Shown here: one piece after another, positions 15,091 to 30,106 of the stretch
How positions within the stretch are numbered: position 1 is the stretch's first letter
Layout of the letters: each line of letters starts with the position of its first letter
Assembly (NCBI RefSeq): GCF_009914755.1
Contig: NC_060934.1
Source of the DNA: the human T2T-CHM13v2.0 reference genome, Homo sapiens
Length of the DNA: 64,000 bases
Strand: one strand, 5' to 3'
Program-made: the position numbers and the translations under genes
Notes under the pieces: generated by a model
Seen by the model: only the letters and a program-made list of their open reading frames with translations
The model's database searches: none
Told to the model about the DNA's origin: nothing

Positions 15091-16047
15091 TTCAAATACT
15101 GATTAAAATAGTAATAATAAATGCTGTTGATAAAACTTGTTGAATATCAATAGAGAAAAAAACTGATTTAGATTGCCATCTCATACCACAATATAATAAA
15201 TTCCAAAAATATGAGGGTGAATTTAAAAGTTTAACTAGAAGAAAACAAAATATATACATATTTCAATGAAGAGCAGAGATAATTTCCCAATTGAAATGGG
15301 GATAATAGAAATTATTCTATTGAAGCAATAGAAATGTATCAATTATAAAGTATTTGAGTTTAATGCTATTAAATTTGAAATGCTACAGGAAGGGAAAAAA
15401 GATTAAAAGCAACAGAGTAGGGGAAAAATTTTAACTAACACTGTAGATATAAGTTTTCTCTCTAAAACTTTTAGGGAGCTGATAAAAATCTATCAAGATA
15501 ACACCCTGTCTCCAATACCATATCATCCATGTCCAACAGAGGATAAGGACAGTCACAGTGTTCACAATATAAAACATTGGAGGAAACATCCCCCAAGAAT
15601 AGTTTACAGGCATGTACATTAAAACAATTTTTAAAGTACACCTCACATCTATTAAGTAGAAAAAACTGACACTAGCTTTAATTTGATATAAGAGTGTGGA
15701 TTTGGTTACATGTTGCTTATAGCACATTCAGCAGGTACAGTCTTTCAGAAAGGAATTCTGTTAAGACAAAAGTCATTAAATGACAGCTTATGATCTAGCA
15801 TTTCTACTTTGAGCACTGTATCATGAAGAAATAATTCAAAAGAAAAAATTTTTACAAAGATATTTATAGCTGCAGCTATATATTAGAGCTAAAATCTGGA
15901 AATAGCCCGAAGGTCTGTCTGTGGAGGAGAATAGTATACTAATGCAATGGAATATACTGCCACTAGAAATGACAAATGTGAGGATTGCAAAACATTTTGG
16001 CAACAACTATAGCAAGTAATGGTATTTTTAAAACTAAGTTAAATTTA

Positions 16048-16798
<751 letters not shown>

Positions 16799-18969
16799 TC
16801 AATTGTTGAAAATATATCACATAATTGTTGACAGTTATGTCTTCCTATTTACCTTTAACTAAAGAGCAGATTAAATAAAACTGAAAAAGCACAGAAGGCA
16901 GACTTAGGAAACTGGGATCTATATCCCAATTCTACCGCTTACTAATTATACAACCCAGGTAACTAACTTCTCCAATTATCCATTTCTTCACCTATAAAAT
17001 AAGGATAATATTTCACACAATTGTTTTTTAAAATGACACCTAAAACGAAGTACAATACATGTTATAAATCACTACAAAAAAAGTTAATTATCTTTACATA
17101 AGTATAGGTAGTAGATAATATCCATTAATGGTGTTGTCACTAATGTGACTCTAATAATCATTCGTTTTTCTTCTAATTAGTTTAGTTATAACTATTAGAA
17201 ATTGTTCCTCCAATATCAAACATTTGTTATTTTTCAGGCTGAACAATTAGGACTTGGCTATACACATGTTAAGGCTAAAATCTTTTACTGAATTATTCTG
17301 TTGGGTGAATGTAGTCCCTGGTTTTAAATCACTATAGAGCCACCTACACTACCAGACTACTGCTGAGGACAGTAAAAGATACTTAACAGGATGGGCCAAA
17401 GGAACTGAAATCTAAATGAAAAAAAAAATAGACTTCCCTGTCTGCTCCTCGTATCTGCAAATCCCTCCCAGATATAAAGGAAGAAACTGTTTACAGTTAT
17501 ATCTCTTCTCTTGAATTAGGTCTAAAATTAATGAGTGGTGATGAAACTAAAAAGGGAGTACTCTGGATCATAGCAGGAAGAAAACGAAAGTAAAAGAATG
17601 GATATATTTCCTGAATTGGAATAAAGACAGCACTTCTCTCACCTCCCTGGTCACTTAACTGCCATGTGACACTTTACTAGGGGTCAAAATACTCCCCTGA
17701 GGGTTTGATCATAGCACCAAGAAACTTTCAAAGTTGAACTTTAGAAGCTGCTACCAAACAGCAGGTGCAGGCATCCTCTCCCAAGAAGAATATCATAATC
17801 AAAACACTTGGCTGTAGTCCTTCAAATTTAGACTTTGAAAAAAAAAAAAAGTTCAATTTGGCTTTGACTTGAAAAAGCTCTACTTTGTTAAAAACAATTT
17901 AACAACTCAGCTTTTTCATATCTTTTGTCTAACCATCTTGGATGGTTACAGTTTCCCTAGCTGTTGGCCAAATCATATCTATATTTTTATTGGCTTCAGC
18001 ACCTGAAAAATCCAAAGAAATTTTTAATATATCTCCTTTCTCTGAAAACAGGTATCCCTCCATCCCTGTGGGAACGTGTCACTGCCAGTCAAAGGGGGTC
18101 AGGAGAACAAGGCAGCAGAAGAAAAGTACCTGAGAAGACAGGAGCAGGTACCCCTTGGAATTCACCAGGGACCCTTGCTCCCATCCTTGAAGAGGCCTCT
18201 GGCCAGCCATTTCTCCATATGGTTACTAATGTAAAGTGAGGGTGCTCCTCTCAAAAAAATGATTAGTGCCCTGTAAATAAATCTCTCCGTGGATGTTAAT
18301 GCACAGAGGACCTGGCCCCGTGGGCCTGGCTGAACTGCCATTTTCCCAGCCCTCCTTCTCTTGCCTCAGGCTCATTTTTCCACTAGGCCCCTTCTCTCTC
18401 AGCTTTCCGGCACTTAGTAACCATTAGAGTTTGCATTCCTGGGCATATGACCTATTTTAAACAAAAACAACACAACATGCACCCACAGTAAGCTATCTGG
18501 CCCCTTCAAATCTTGGCAAGTGAGTCCAGAGGGACAGAAATTAATCTAGGCAGTTATCTAGAATGACCTTTCATTTCCCCTCTCCTTGCTCACACCCCAA
18601 AACCAAAAGCAAATAAATAAACCTAGTCTGAAGAAAACTGGCTGGGGGGAAGGAAGGGGAAGTGTAGGTATATCGAAGAGGTCTTAAACAACATAATCTC
18701 TGAGATCAGAAAACTCCTGGAACACAGATCAATTTCCCTCTCTGTCCCATCTCACAGCTTGATTCCCCTGGAAGCCACCAATGCTGACCAACTGCACGGA
18801 TGGCATGATTTCCATAAGCATAACATCCTGCTGATTTGGAAGGAAACTCAGGAAAGGAAAGTGTCTCCAAGTGTACAACAAGGCCATGTCAAGGGGCACC
18901 AGGCCAAGGAGGGGAAAACAGGGTTACACAAAATGCTTGGGGCTTGGAATTTTATTTTATTTTAATTAA

Positions 18970-19560
<591 letters not shown>

Positions 19561-22500
19561 TGGGGCTTGGAATTTTATATTAACACTATCTCTTGATTTC
19601 TCTTATCTTCTTTCTCTCCAGATTTTTCCCCAGATTGCCTGTTCTCACCAGTTCTTCTATCAATGCTAAGAACTTGGCTTTAGTGTAAAGTATTTAAGCA
19701 GCCAAAGATAAGAACCTTCTAACTTTTCATTTATACTTGCATTAGCCTGAATCTTCCAATAGCTTCAGTAGCAGAGGTTTATAATTAAGGTTCAAACAAA
19801 ATTAATAAAAAATCTTTATATCATGTTAAATTGCTTATCCTTTTGGCCAAGGAACAGAGAATAGCCCCAAAATTCAGAGTGAAGGGAAACTGTAGGAAAC
19901 ATGCCAGCATGAGGACAAGACCATGCACAAAGAGGGCATGGAGCTGACTGAACTGACCCACAGCTCCCTTGAAAGACCCCCAGCTGTCAACCCACTTTAC
20001 CCATTCAACTCACTTTTCATGCTTCACACTATGCAACTGGACTCCCACCAAGCCAATCTCTTCCACGTTCATTCATATACCCACACTTTCACCTATACTG
20101 CCAGCCCCAGCCTACCTTTGCCCCTGACTGCTACTTCTGGGGACTAGTCAAATTCATCCATTCTTTACAATCTAGATAAAGCCTCTACTTCTGTGACTCT
20201 TCCAAACATGCCATCTGAACTGTTAGATGGAACCTACCATACACCTAGGCATTGCTAGCTTTTCACAGCTATACATCATCTTTTTTGGCTAATTTAGTCA
20301 TAAATTCCACAGGATCAAGTCTTAAACAACTTTGTGCTTCTAAAAGTGGCTCTCAACCATCACTGTGCAGACAAGTGGTATAGCAGTAACCCTGAATAAG
20401 TGCACCATCAAATTTTAAACAATATATAGAATTTATTTTTGTTCAACTAACAATCCACAATTTTACAGGGATTTCTATCAGACACTAAGCCAAAATATTG
20501 CCCATGATACAATTTGCTGAAAATAAAATAAAGATTGCATGTTCAGAGGAACATATATGAACTTTACCTCAAAGGATATAAGAGAACAAGGTCAGGGCTG
20601 CAAACAATACTGTTCAAACAGTAACACACCAGAGGGTGAACAATAGTGTAAATAATCACGAACAGGTTCTTCAATTTTCTGAAACTTGCTTTTTTAAAAA
20701 AAAATGACATTTACCTTTAATTCTTTAATGTACTATCAAAAATTCTAACATTATACAAAACTATGTCTTTAACACAAAAAGTGAGAACCATGGTCCTAGC
20801 ATAATAGGTATTTTGATAGACATTGCTTAGGAACTGCTCAAGCAAGAGTTTCCAAAAACATGGTCCTCCCTTTGGCAAGTCACACTTTGAACAACACCCG
20901 TAGCTCCAAAGGCCCTTCCTTAAAATGTGTAACATACCACATCTTCAAGAATTCAACCAAAGCCTCTAAATTCTTATTCTAGAGAGGCTCAAGGGAAGAA
21001 ATCTGAGCAGATAAAGTATCTTAACATGGCACCCACATGTCAAAAATGTCTAAACAGTTTCAGAAGCACTAAGCATAACCCTGGGTCCTTTATGTGCATG
21101 AGCTTAAGATTCAGAACTTGGCTGTGTTCACATCCTTTTCCTCCTGGCATTGGTTAGGTTCTGTATTTGCACGGCACTTGACCAGTATGTGTGTTCTGCA
21201 AGATGTTAAAGAGATATTTAGCAGTGAAAAAAAGAATTTTATGGTCAAAACATTTTGCATGATGCTGGCTGAAACAAAAGTAAACAGGTCCCTCTATCAC
21301 AGGACTTGTCAGTGCCTTTAATCCCCAATGGACATTGTGATCCCCAAGAGAGGGAATGTGGCGCACAGCATTTTCCCCACTCATTTGATTACAGAATTAG
21401 TTTTTCAAGAATCCCACAATACAACTTTTGGAAAGGCTGATCTAGTACTTTCTAAAAATGAACAATGGCAAGAAAGATGCGGATTTTTGGGGGGCAGGGA
21501 GCGGTGAACAGGCCTTCCTCTAAGTGAGTCATGAATTAGGCACTAGCAGACTAAGAGGTAGACTTTGTTCTCATACCTTCAAAATGACTTTTCCCTAGAC
21601 TCCTCATCTGAAATGTGAGAAATAATTACACTGCTCTGCTTCCCAGGGTTGTTTTTTATTGTTTTTAATCATGAAACTGTGTTCTATATTAATCATCAAA
21701 ACAGGTTCTCAACCCAAGTGACCAGACTTCAAAATCCCTGGTGACCTTCCAGCCTGAATGAAGGGATGAGGAGAATATGAACCAGACGTCACCCAGCAAG
21801 TTTTTACATCTCCAGCTTCTAGGCCATTATGATAAAGTCAAACTGCATCCAAGATAAGGGATGAAGTTCTCCCTTAGCAACTCACTTCTGGAGGGGACAA
21901 ACACACATACCACCCATATCTGAACCTTGATTCAACTTTTTGATGTAGACTTTCTAAAGGAAAACTCAAAGAAACATGGGAGGTCAAAGCTGGAACTACA
22001 GGGAAAAAAGGAAAAGAAGTACTCAAAGACTATTTCCTTTTCTTTAAGGAGAATGAACTCATTACAGGGTTAGTGAGCAGGGGAAATATCATTCCTTTCA
22101 GTGAAACAGCTTTCCAGGAAAAGTATCTCAACATATTTACTATAAAACAATTTAATTTCCCTGTCCCATCACCTGCCACCCCATCCTCATCCCCCCTACA
22201 AAACCCACAGATTGTGGATTTCCTCTCATTCTTGGCAGAGTTACCAGAAGAAATATAATACCCCCTTCGGACTGCTCCCAACAGCTGCTGGAAAAAGACA
22301 GGAGAGCTGGGGGTATCCCTCCAAAGCTGCCTCTAAAAATGACCATTCCCCCTTCCAACCCACACAGCCAGTGAGCATAAGACTTCTCTTTCTCTACTTT
22401 CTTAAAGCAAGGGGAGACCACAAAATCAACAGCGTACCCTAATCCAAAATACTTGCTTCCGGCCCATCTGTTCTCCTCAATATGACTCCAAACTGAAGCT

Positions 22501-25500
22501 TCTGTACAATAACCACCACTCTATTTCTCCCCTAACATGTAACTATTAAAACAATCCTCTACCACCTCACAAGACCAGTATTTCTTATTTGTTTAATCTA
22601 CCAATCTCCAAGTTAGGGTTCCTATCAAACTCCTATTCACTATAATTTCCCATCCCTGCCCACCTGTCCCAATACCACACACTTCATACAAATACGAATC
22701 CCCCTCCAGGTCAAGAGACTTGAACAACAAAAGTCTAGGAACAAATTCATCAATGGCTACCCTACACCCCAGCCCTTGCCCAATATCCCTTGCCCAATAT
22801 CATCATACACTAAATGCTCTTCAATTCTGTCTAAAAACACCCCATCACCAGGCAACAGAGAAGCATCCAGTTATCCTTCAGCCTCTCAGCTGAGACCACC
22901 AACAAAGAAGTCCATGAATGTCAACTGGGGGCACAGGCAATATCTCTCTTTGCTGAGGAGAAACTGGAGACAACCTCCAGCATCATTCCCCAAAGGTGAC
23001 AGCCAGGGTTGAGTGAAGACCGTGAAAACTGTACAAGAGCTGGGGGAGAAAATATAATGTAAGGAATGATTTGAAATCAGGGGCAGGAGAAGGCGGAGGA
23101 ATGAACTGGCTGACCCCAAATGTCTTTTCCATCTCTAACTCCTATGATTCTTTGACCTCCAATTTTGTGCTGTGGACAAGGAATGGAAAGTCAACAGACG
23201 TGGTGATGTTTTGAAAGAGCCTGGCAGTCTGCTCTTGTCATTTAGTGGCCTTTGCATGTATTTTTTAAGGTGTCTCCAAGCCCTGTCTTCATTTCACAGT
23301 TGTCACCTTTCTCAGCAATTTGAGCTCATGTCAAATACCAAAAAAGAAGAGGAAGAAGAAAGAATGTGCTGGCAATTAATTGTGGGCTAAAGAGGGGCGG
23401 CAGGCACAGGGGCCCATTGGGTGGCCCAGACTTCCAGGGAGGGCAATGTGGACAGTTTGGATAAAATGAAGAACTGACTCAAAATTGAGACAAGGCAGCC
23501 AAACCTCTAACAGGAGATAAATTCTTTCTCCAGATAGTCTCATACTCATTTTTAGAGAAAGCTCAAATATTTACATGATTCAGGGTACATAAACATATTC
23601 TTAATTACCATAACCATTTTGATTCAATTGATTACAATTGGAGTTCCATCTGAGCAAGACTACTGAATAGGAAGGACTTTCCTCAAGGGTAAACCAAATC
23701 TTTGGATTCTCAACCTTGACTCATGGTTGACACACCTGAGGTAAATTCTGAAGCTTAGCAAAAGTCAGTTTCTGCAGATCAAAGAAGGGAGTCTGCCAAT
23801 TTTCACTGAAAATTCAAAACCCAATTTTCTCCTCTTTTTTTCAAACAGTTGATCTCATCTTAATTTTCAAATATTTTTGGAGCCTGGTCTCAATAAGAAT
23901 CTGCCTAAATTTCTCCCAGTTCCATGGTTACAAGTCAGGACCAGAAACTAATCCAGTGCCAGGGTCAACCCAGAGCTAAGGTTAAGTTGTCACACACACG
24001 TAATTCTTTTCTAAGTCACACATTCAAAAATAATTTTTTAAAAAACCTGTATACTTCCTCAGTGACCTCACTGTCAGTTGGGGATTTCAGCAGCTCAAGC
24101 ACAATCTTTACCTTAGATGAAGGTTCCAGGTGCAAAAAAAAAAAAATGAAAGTATGGAGTACCGAAATATTTTCAGAGCTCTCATTCCAGTATGAACTCA
24201 TACTACAGATTGCTCATCTCACAGACTGTGAAGACATTGGGTTTCTCCATGTTTCTGCCTTGAAAGCTAGAAAATTCAGCCCCTACCATTCAAGTTTTAC
24301 AAGACTGGAAAGGATATAAACAGCTTCTGTATTCTCATGGTCTTAGAGAAGGCTTCTTCCATTCTTCCAGTTCGCATTTGGAGGTAGTGATTGCACTAGA
24401 CCATGTCCTGCTTCCACAGGTGTACTGTTTTATTTTGAACCTGTAAACTAAACTCTATTTTATTAACTCATAGAAACCATTAAAAATAAGGCCTTTCCAA
24501 ACGCCGAAGACAATAAATACATCCATATTCGAAATCATTCCGTGAATTACAGAACAAATAAGTGACTGTCCTCCCTGGGTAAGGCAGAAAACTGGAGAAA
24601 GCCTAAGCTACTTTGAGTTGTTAATTGTTTTCTGAAGATCACAGTTTAGGCCTTAAATGTAACCAGTTAGCAATACCATCTCCATTCAGGGTTAGGAAAC
24701 TGGTTAGGAAACTATATGCTTTCTGGGTCAAGAAAATGCTCTTAGGCACAATCATTTTAAAACAAATAAACACACTCTGCTTATCTGTGTCTATCTCACC
24801 ACTCTGGACGTTAATCATCACTGAAATAGATACCCCAGGCCCCCAGCCTCAAAGAGCTCCAAGGCTACAGGACCCCTCCACAGGAATGAATGTACATGCC
24901 AGGACAAACACCTCAGGAGCCTCACTCCCTAAACACCTATTGTTAATTCCAGGCAAATCTATCATAGGCAAATGCAAGACAGCACCCAGGTACTGCTCAA
25001 AGGCTATTTAAAATAAAATTCCTATTTGAGAATATGTAGCACTTAATTCGGGAGGAAGAGGATCAAGTAAGCTTTCTTTAACATAAGACTGGCAATAGAA
25101 TCTTTTAAAAATAGCTTTACATGCACAGATGTACTTTTTCTTTCCATTATTTGCGTTTGTTAATTTTCAGTATCAGAATTTGCAGATAGCGCTCCTGTTC
25201 TTCCCCTGTCATAATGTCTACTTCTTGCATTCAGTCTACATTATCAAGTGACAGCTGAATTCCACTGTCTTGTTCTTGTAAACGGAACTAGGTTAGTTTG
25301 TCCTCTTACTCTTTAGGGAAAATTTGAAAGACTGCTATATGAAACATTTCTTTGATTTTTATTGTTATATTCAGGATATTTCTATTCCAACAGGCTTCAT
25401 AAAATCTCCAAACAAAACTGATTTTAAATCAGATGACTGACTCCAACTATTTTTGTGTCCCTTTAAAAAAAAAAGAAAAGTAAGCTTAGGATATCTATTA

Positions 25501-27473
25501 GTGTTCACTGTTCGGGCAAGAGGCCTAAAGGGAAGCAAATTATTTGTTTGTGGTTTTAAAGTGGCCAGAATGCCTTCAAGCACAAGTATAAGACCATTAG
25601 CAAATCACAAGGAACCAAAGCAGTTCATCTTACTCAACAAAGCTATGATCAGTTAGGAACAGCCAAACTGAATGGGACTTGCCCTGGGCCGGAAGGTCAG
25701 TAAACCTTAGCAGTTTGTGTTTCTGAGAATCAAGAGGCTCTTCGTCCCGGAGTGCAGGCCATAAGTCCACAGGTTCTGCTGTCATGTTTCCAAAAACATT
25801 CAGGACAGGTGAGAGAAACGAAGCACAGTGCGTGTGTGTGCGTGTTCTTCCCTTTGTCTTTAGTCAGCACCTCTAAGTCAAACCATCCCCACTTTTGCTA
25901 TATACAGACTAACTAGAGGAGAACCCAAACAATTAAAAAGTTCCGTTTTACAATTTATTGTGTGCTTACTATGTGCTTAATGCTGTACTAGCCAGCATTC
26001 TACACTTAAGCCTCATTTTACCAGGCAAGGTTATTCCCATTCTTTATAGGTAATAAAACCTAGGGCCAGTGAGGTTATGTGGCTTCTGGTCAAATCAAGT
26101 TTTGTGTAATGCTGATAAAAACTCATCTCACTTATCTAGTCTGCAGTTAATTAGCCCAAAGCAATGAACGACAGCCCTGCCACTATCCAAGCAGCCATAC
26201 TCTTGCTGTACTTTGGGCCCGGGTTCGCTGACTCCCTAAGTGGACTGGGGTGCATGCCTTCTCCCTCCAGGGATGACAACCACCTCTCTCAGTGGCTTAT
26301 TAAGTCTCTGCAGCTGTCCAGAAACGGACCACACTGGTAAACATTCTCTCCACCTGCTGTAACACGCATAACTTCTTCCCTCAATCCAGAAAACCCGAGC
26401 AGTGACCCTGCTCTTTATCAAGTGCTATGGCAAAATAACTTCCCTAGAAGGCCAGGACACCTTACCCTAGGACATGGGCGAGAAATCAAAACACACATGT
26501 CTAATAAATAATAAAGCCATATCATTTGGCAATCTCAAAGCATTTTACACCATAAATTCACTTTCTTTTTTTTTGTTGTTATTATTGCTACAGAATGTAG
26601 ATTCATTCCCAATATCTCTCTTTTAGAGCATTTGAAAATAAACATCAATTCTTTCATTCATTCACTCAATCTCTATATGAAGAGAGAGAAAGCCAAACTT
26701 TGCCTTAGCTAGCTTGGGTTACAGTCACTTTAGACTTCTCTTATAGGTTAACTGATAATATTCTTTGAAAGAGTTATTCTCATGAGAAAGGAAGAGAATA
26801 AAAAACTATTTCTGCAGGTGACAAGACTGCATGCCCAAGAAGTCCCAAGGAACCATTATCATGAATAAAATCATCCTAGAATAAAAAACCATCAAATTCA
26901 AAATTTACAAGAGTAGAGTAATCTTCTACATTCAGTAATACCCAGCCAGAAAACATACTGAAGAGAGTGTATTTGCAATAAAAACGAAATGCATAACATT
27001 TTCGGAAATACATAGGAGTAAGTGCAACAACAGATATGTAAGAACTTTATCATGAAAACCACAAAAGTCCTTGAAAAAGTACAGAATTTTTTTTTTTGAC
27101 AGAGAGTTGAACAGAAGTGTAGAAGTGACACACACACATAAATCCAACAGGATAATCTTACCCTGACAGATTACTAGACTCTATCAAAAAGTAACAATAT
27201 TTAAAATAGTATGGAAATGGAAAACTGTATCAGTGACACACAATGAAGAGTTCAGATATAGATCCAATATACACACATATATGTCTATGTGTATATACAT
27301 GTGTATATTATATATAATATATATATAAACTTATTATATGGCAAAATAAGCTGTCCAAAACAAAGGAAAAGAGAATTACTTAACAAAGTTGTAGACAACA
27401 ATAGTAAGTTGAATTCACCTCTTGCACCAAAAGTGATATTGATGAAAGTGTTAACTATTAAAAAATTAAATTA

Positions 27474-27768
27474 GGCCAGGCGCCATGGCTCATGCCTGTA
27501 ATCCCAGCACTTTGGGAGGCCGAGGTGGGCAGATAACCTGAGGTCGGCAGTTCGAGACCAACCTGACCAAGATGGAGAAACCCTATCTCTACCAAAAATA
27601 CAAAATTAGCTGGGTGTGGTGGTGCATGCCTGTAATCCCAGCTACGCAAGAGGCTGAGGCAGGAGAACCGCTTGAACCCAGGAGGTGGTGAGCCGAGTGC
27701 ACACCACTGCACTCCAGCCCGGGCAACAAGAGTGAAACTCCGTCTCAAAAAAAAAAAAAAAAAAAAAA
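27474..27768 (+). mobile_element. AluSp-like element with small internal deletions
   Basis: ctgaccaagatggagaaaccc diagnostic; poly(A) tail. Confidence 0.88.
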
Positions 27769-29381
27769 ATCAAATTTGTAAGAAAACCAGTGGGAAACAG
27801 ATTTATCAGGTCTGTGGAGGAATTATAAATTTCTCAGCTTTGGGGAGAAAAAGAGAAAAAAATCACAAAAGACTGGCAGAGCCTAATAAAGTGTAAAACA
27901 GTAAAGTAAAATGAATTGACTGGGAAAAATATCTGGATCAAAGATGACAGACTAGATTCTAACATCTAAGACCCACAAAGATTCCAAATTTATAGGAAAA
28001 ACAAGAAGACCCCAGTAATAAATGGGCAAAGAGTGGGAAGAGACAGTCTCCCAGGTGAAACAAACACATGGGAATATATTTATCCCAGCCAGTGGTAAAA
28101 GAGATGCAAAATAACACAACTTTGGTACCTTAAATGACCACTAAAGTGGCAAAGATTTTCTAAATTCTCACATAAAATTTGTTCACTCTGTGCTGGTCCC
28201 ACTATAATTTGGTACAGCACCTCTGCAAACCATAACCTTTGCTATAATGCCACCTTGAGACTTTATCCTAAGGAACTGATTTTTAAAAAATATGTATGGT
28301 AATGACATGTGACTTATATTTCAGTAAAGCTGTTACTCAAAAATGCATTATTTCATTATTATCTATAATAACAAAAAGCTGAACACTACATGTAAGTTTA
28401 ATAGTAGAGGGATGTTCTTTAATCTCATTATGCGACAGCCCACAAACATTTACTATGTACCTATTCTGTTAGGATCAGTAAGATAGCAATTATATGTGCA
28501 ACTGAAAAGGTTTTTAAATGAAAATAATTGTCTAGAGGTGATGGTATTAAGGCTTTTTATGTTTTTAAAAACGTTATTTAATGTTGTCATAATGTACTAG
28601 AAAGAACTACTTTTTAAAAAATGGGTGGAATAGGGGGCAATCTGAAAGCTCTTATTCCCCCAATTCCCTACATGTTTTTTCCTTCCTATTTAACAGTTTA
28701 AGTGGTTCAGAAAAGTTTTTCATTCACAGGTCTCAGACCCTACCAAAAACAGGCCAAATTGCAATACCATGTCTTGTACACATCCTGGACAGACTCCAGC
28801 CTCCTGCCTCAAGCAGGCCCCCTTTTTCGTGTCGCTCTGCCTATATGAAGTCATAAACTATGGCTGAACACTGGGACCGAGGGCTTCTCTTAAGGTCCGA
28901 GCCCTGAAGCTTAACAACCTTTAGAAAAGGGTAGGGAGGATGAAAGATGAAAGTCCACAAAAATTTATGATAGACCACTTAAGGAACCTGAGTCCTAGAC
29001 CTGGACTCAAGGAATCGTCCAAAGCACCGTACCAGACTGGCTCCTCTGGGGCGAAGGAACCGGGGCAGCTAAACCTCTGCAAAAACACACAATCGAAAGC
29101 TGTAGGGAGTGCCTAAGATGGCTAATTGTGAGGAGCGGCCCACCCGGGAGGGTGCCTACTGAGGGATGCTCTCGGGAGGCTGCCTCAGATGGAGGCCTTG
29201 GGGAGGAGGGGCAAAGGGGTCCCCGAGAGTGCTCGGGAAAGGGTGTAGGCGGAGGTCAGGTGTAGGCCTAGAAACTCGGGGTGCGACACGACCCTGGGCC
29301 GACCAGGCCGCGGCGCCCCGCCCTTTCCCGGGACGCGGGGCCGGCTCGGGGCGGGGAGCGGGCGGGCGAGCGGACGCTTAC

Positions 29382-30106
29382 AGGTCGGTGCCGAGCCGCG
29401 TGAAGCCGGAGTTGAGCGAGGCCCGGGCTATCCGGCGCCAGAGCAGATCGCAGCTGGTGAAGCGCCGCAGCCAGCGGCACACCTGGGCCAGGCGGCCGAG
29501 GGCCCGCATGTCCAGGTAGGAGCAGATGAGCAGCAGCAGCTCCTCCGGCAGGCGCCAGAGCGCAGGCCCCGCGGCCGGGCGGGCAGCCGACTCCCGAGCC
29601 GCCTCCTCCTCCTCCTCCTCCTCCCCGGCCGCCGCCGCCATGGCCACCCCTGTCCCCGCGATGTCGGCCCAAGCCTGACCCCCTCGTCCCTGTGCTCTTC
29701 CCGGCCTGGCGCCCTCCCGCCGCCTAGCCCTGACCCTCCATTCCTCCTTCTTCCCATACTCTCTTCCTTGTGCCTCCTTCCCGGCCCCTGCGCTCCCCTC
29801 GACTCCCTTGACGATGCCTCTCGCCCCTTCCTCCACGCTTCTGCCTCCCTCTGCTTCCTCCCTTGGGCATGCCCTCGCTCCCGCGTCAGCCCCCGGCCCG
29901 GCTGCCTCCTTCGCCGTCTGCGGCCCGGGCTTCCCTTCCGCCCCGCTTCCTCTTCCGCCTTGCCCCGCTCTCGCTTTTCCCTTCCCCTTCCCCTTCCTTC
30001 GCTTCCCCCTCGCCACCCTCCCTTCCTGCAGCTTCCTCGCCTCTCCGCCCTCGCCCTCGCCGGGCCCGCCGTTCCCGGGGGGCCCCGAGCGGCCCTGGCT
30101 GCCCAT
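29382..30106 (-). CDS. FBXW4: FBXW4 coding exon 1: Gly/Arg/Lys/Glu-rich N-terminal extension (from ATG 30106), poly-Glu and F-box; shorter form starts at ATG 29641
   Basis: Translates MGSQGRSGPP...MAAAAGEEEEEEEAARESAARPAAGPALWRLPEELLLLICSYLDMRALGRLAQVCRWLRRF...GTD, with the F-box signature LPEELLLLICSYL. Ends at donor CT|GTAAGC (phase 2). The two ATGs are 155 codons apart. Confidence 0.96.
29602..29623 (-). repeat. (GAG)7 coding trinucleotide repeat (poly-Glu)
   Basis: cctcctcctcctcctcctcctc on + strand, encoding EEEEEEE after MAAAAG. Confidence 0.9.

Noticed and set aside
23924-25011. 131-aa and 128-aa + strand ORFs in intron 1
   Set aside because: No recognisable homology or gene structure; length compatible with chance.
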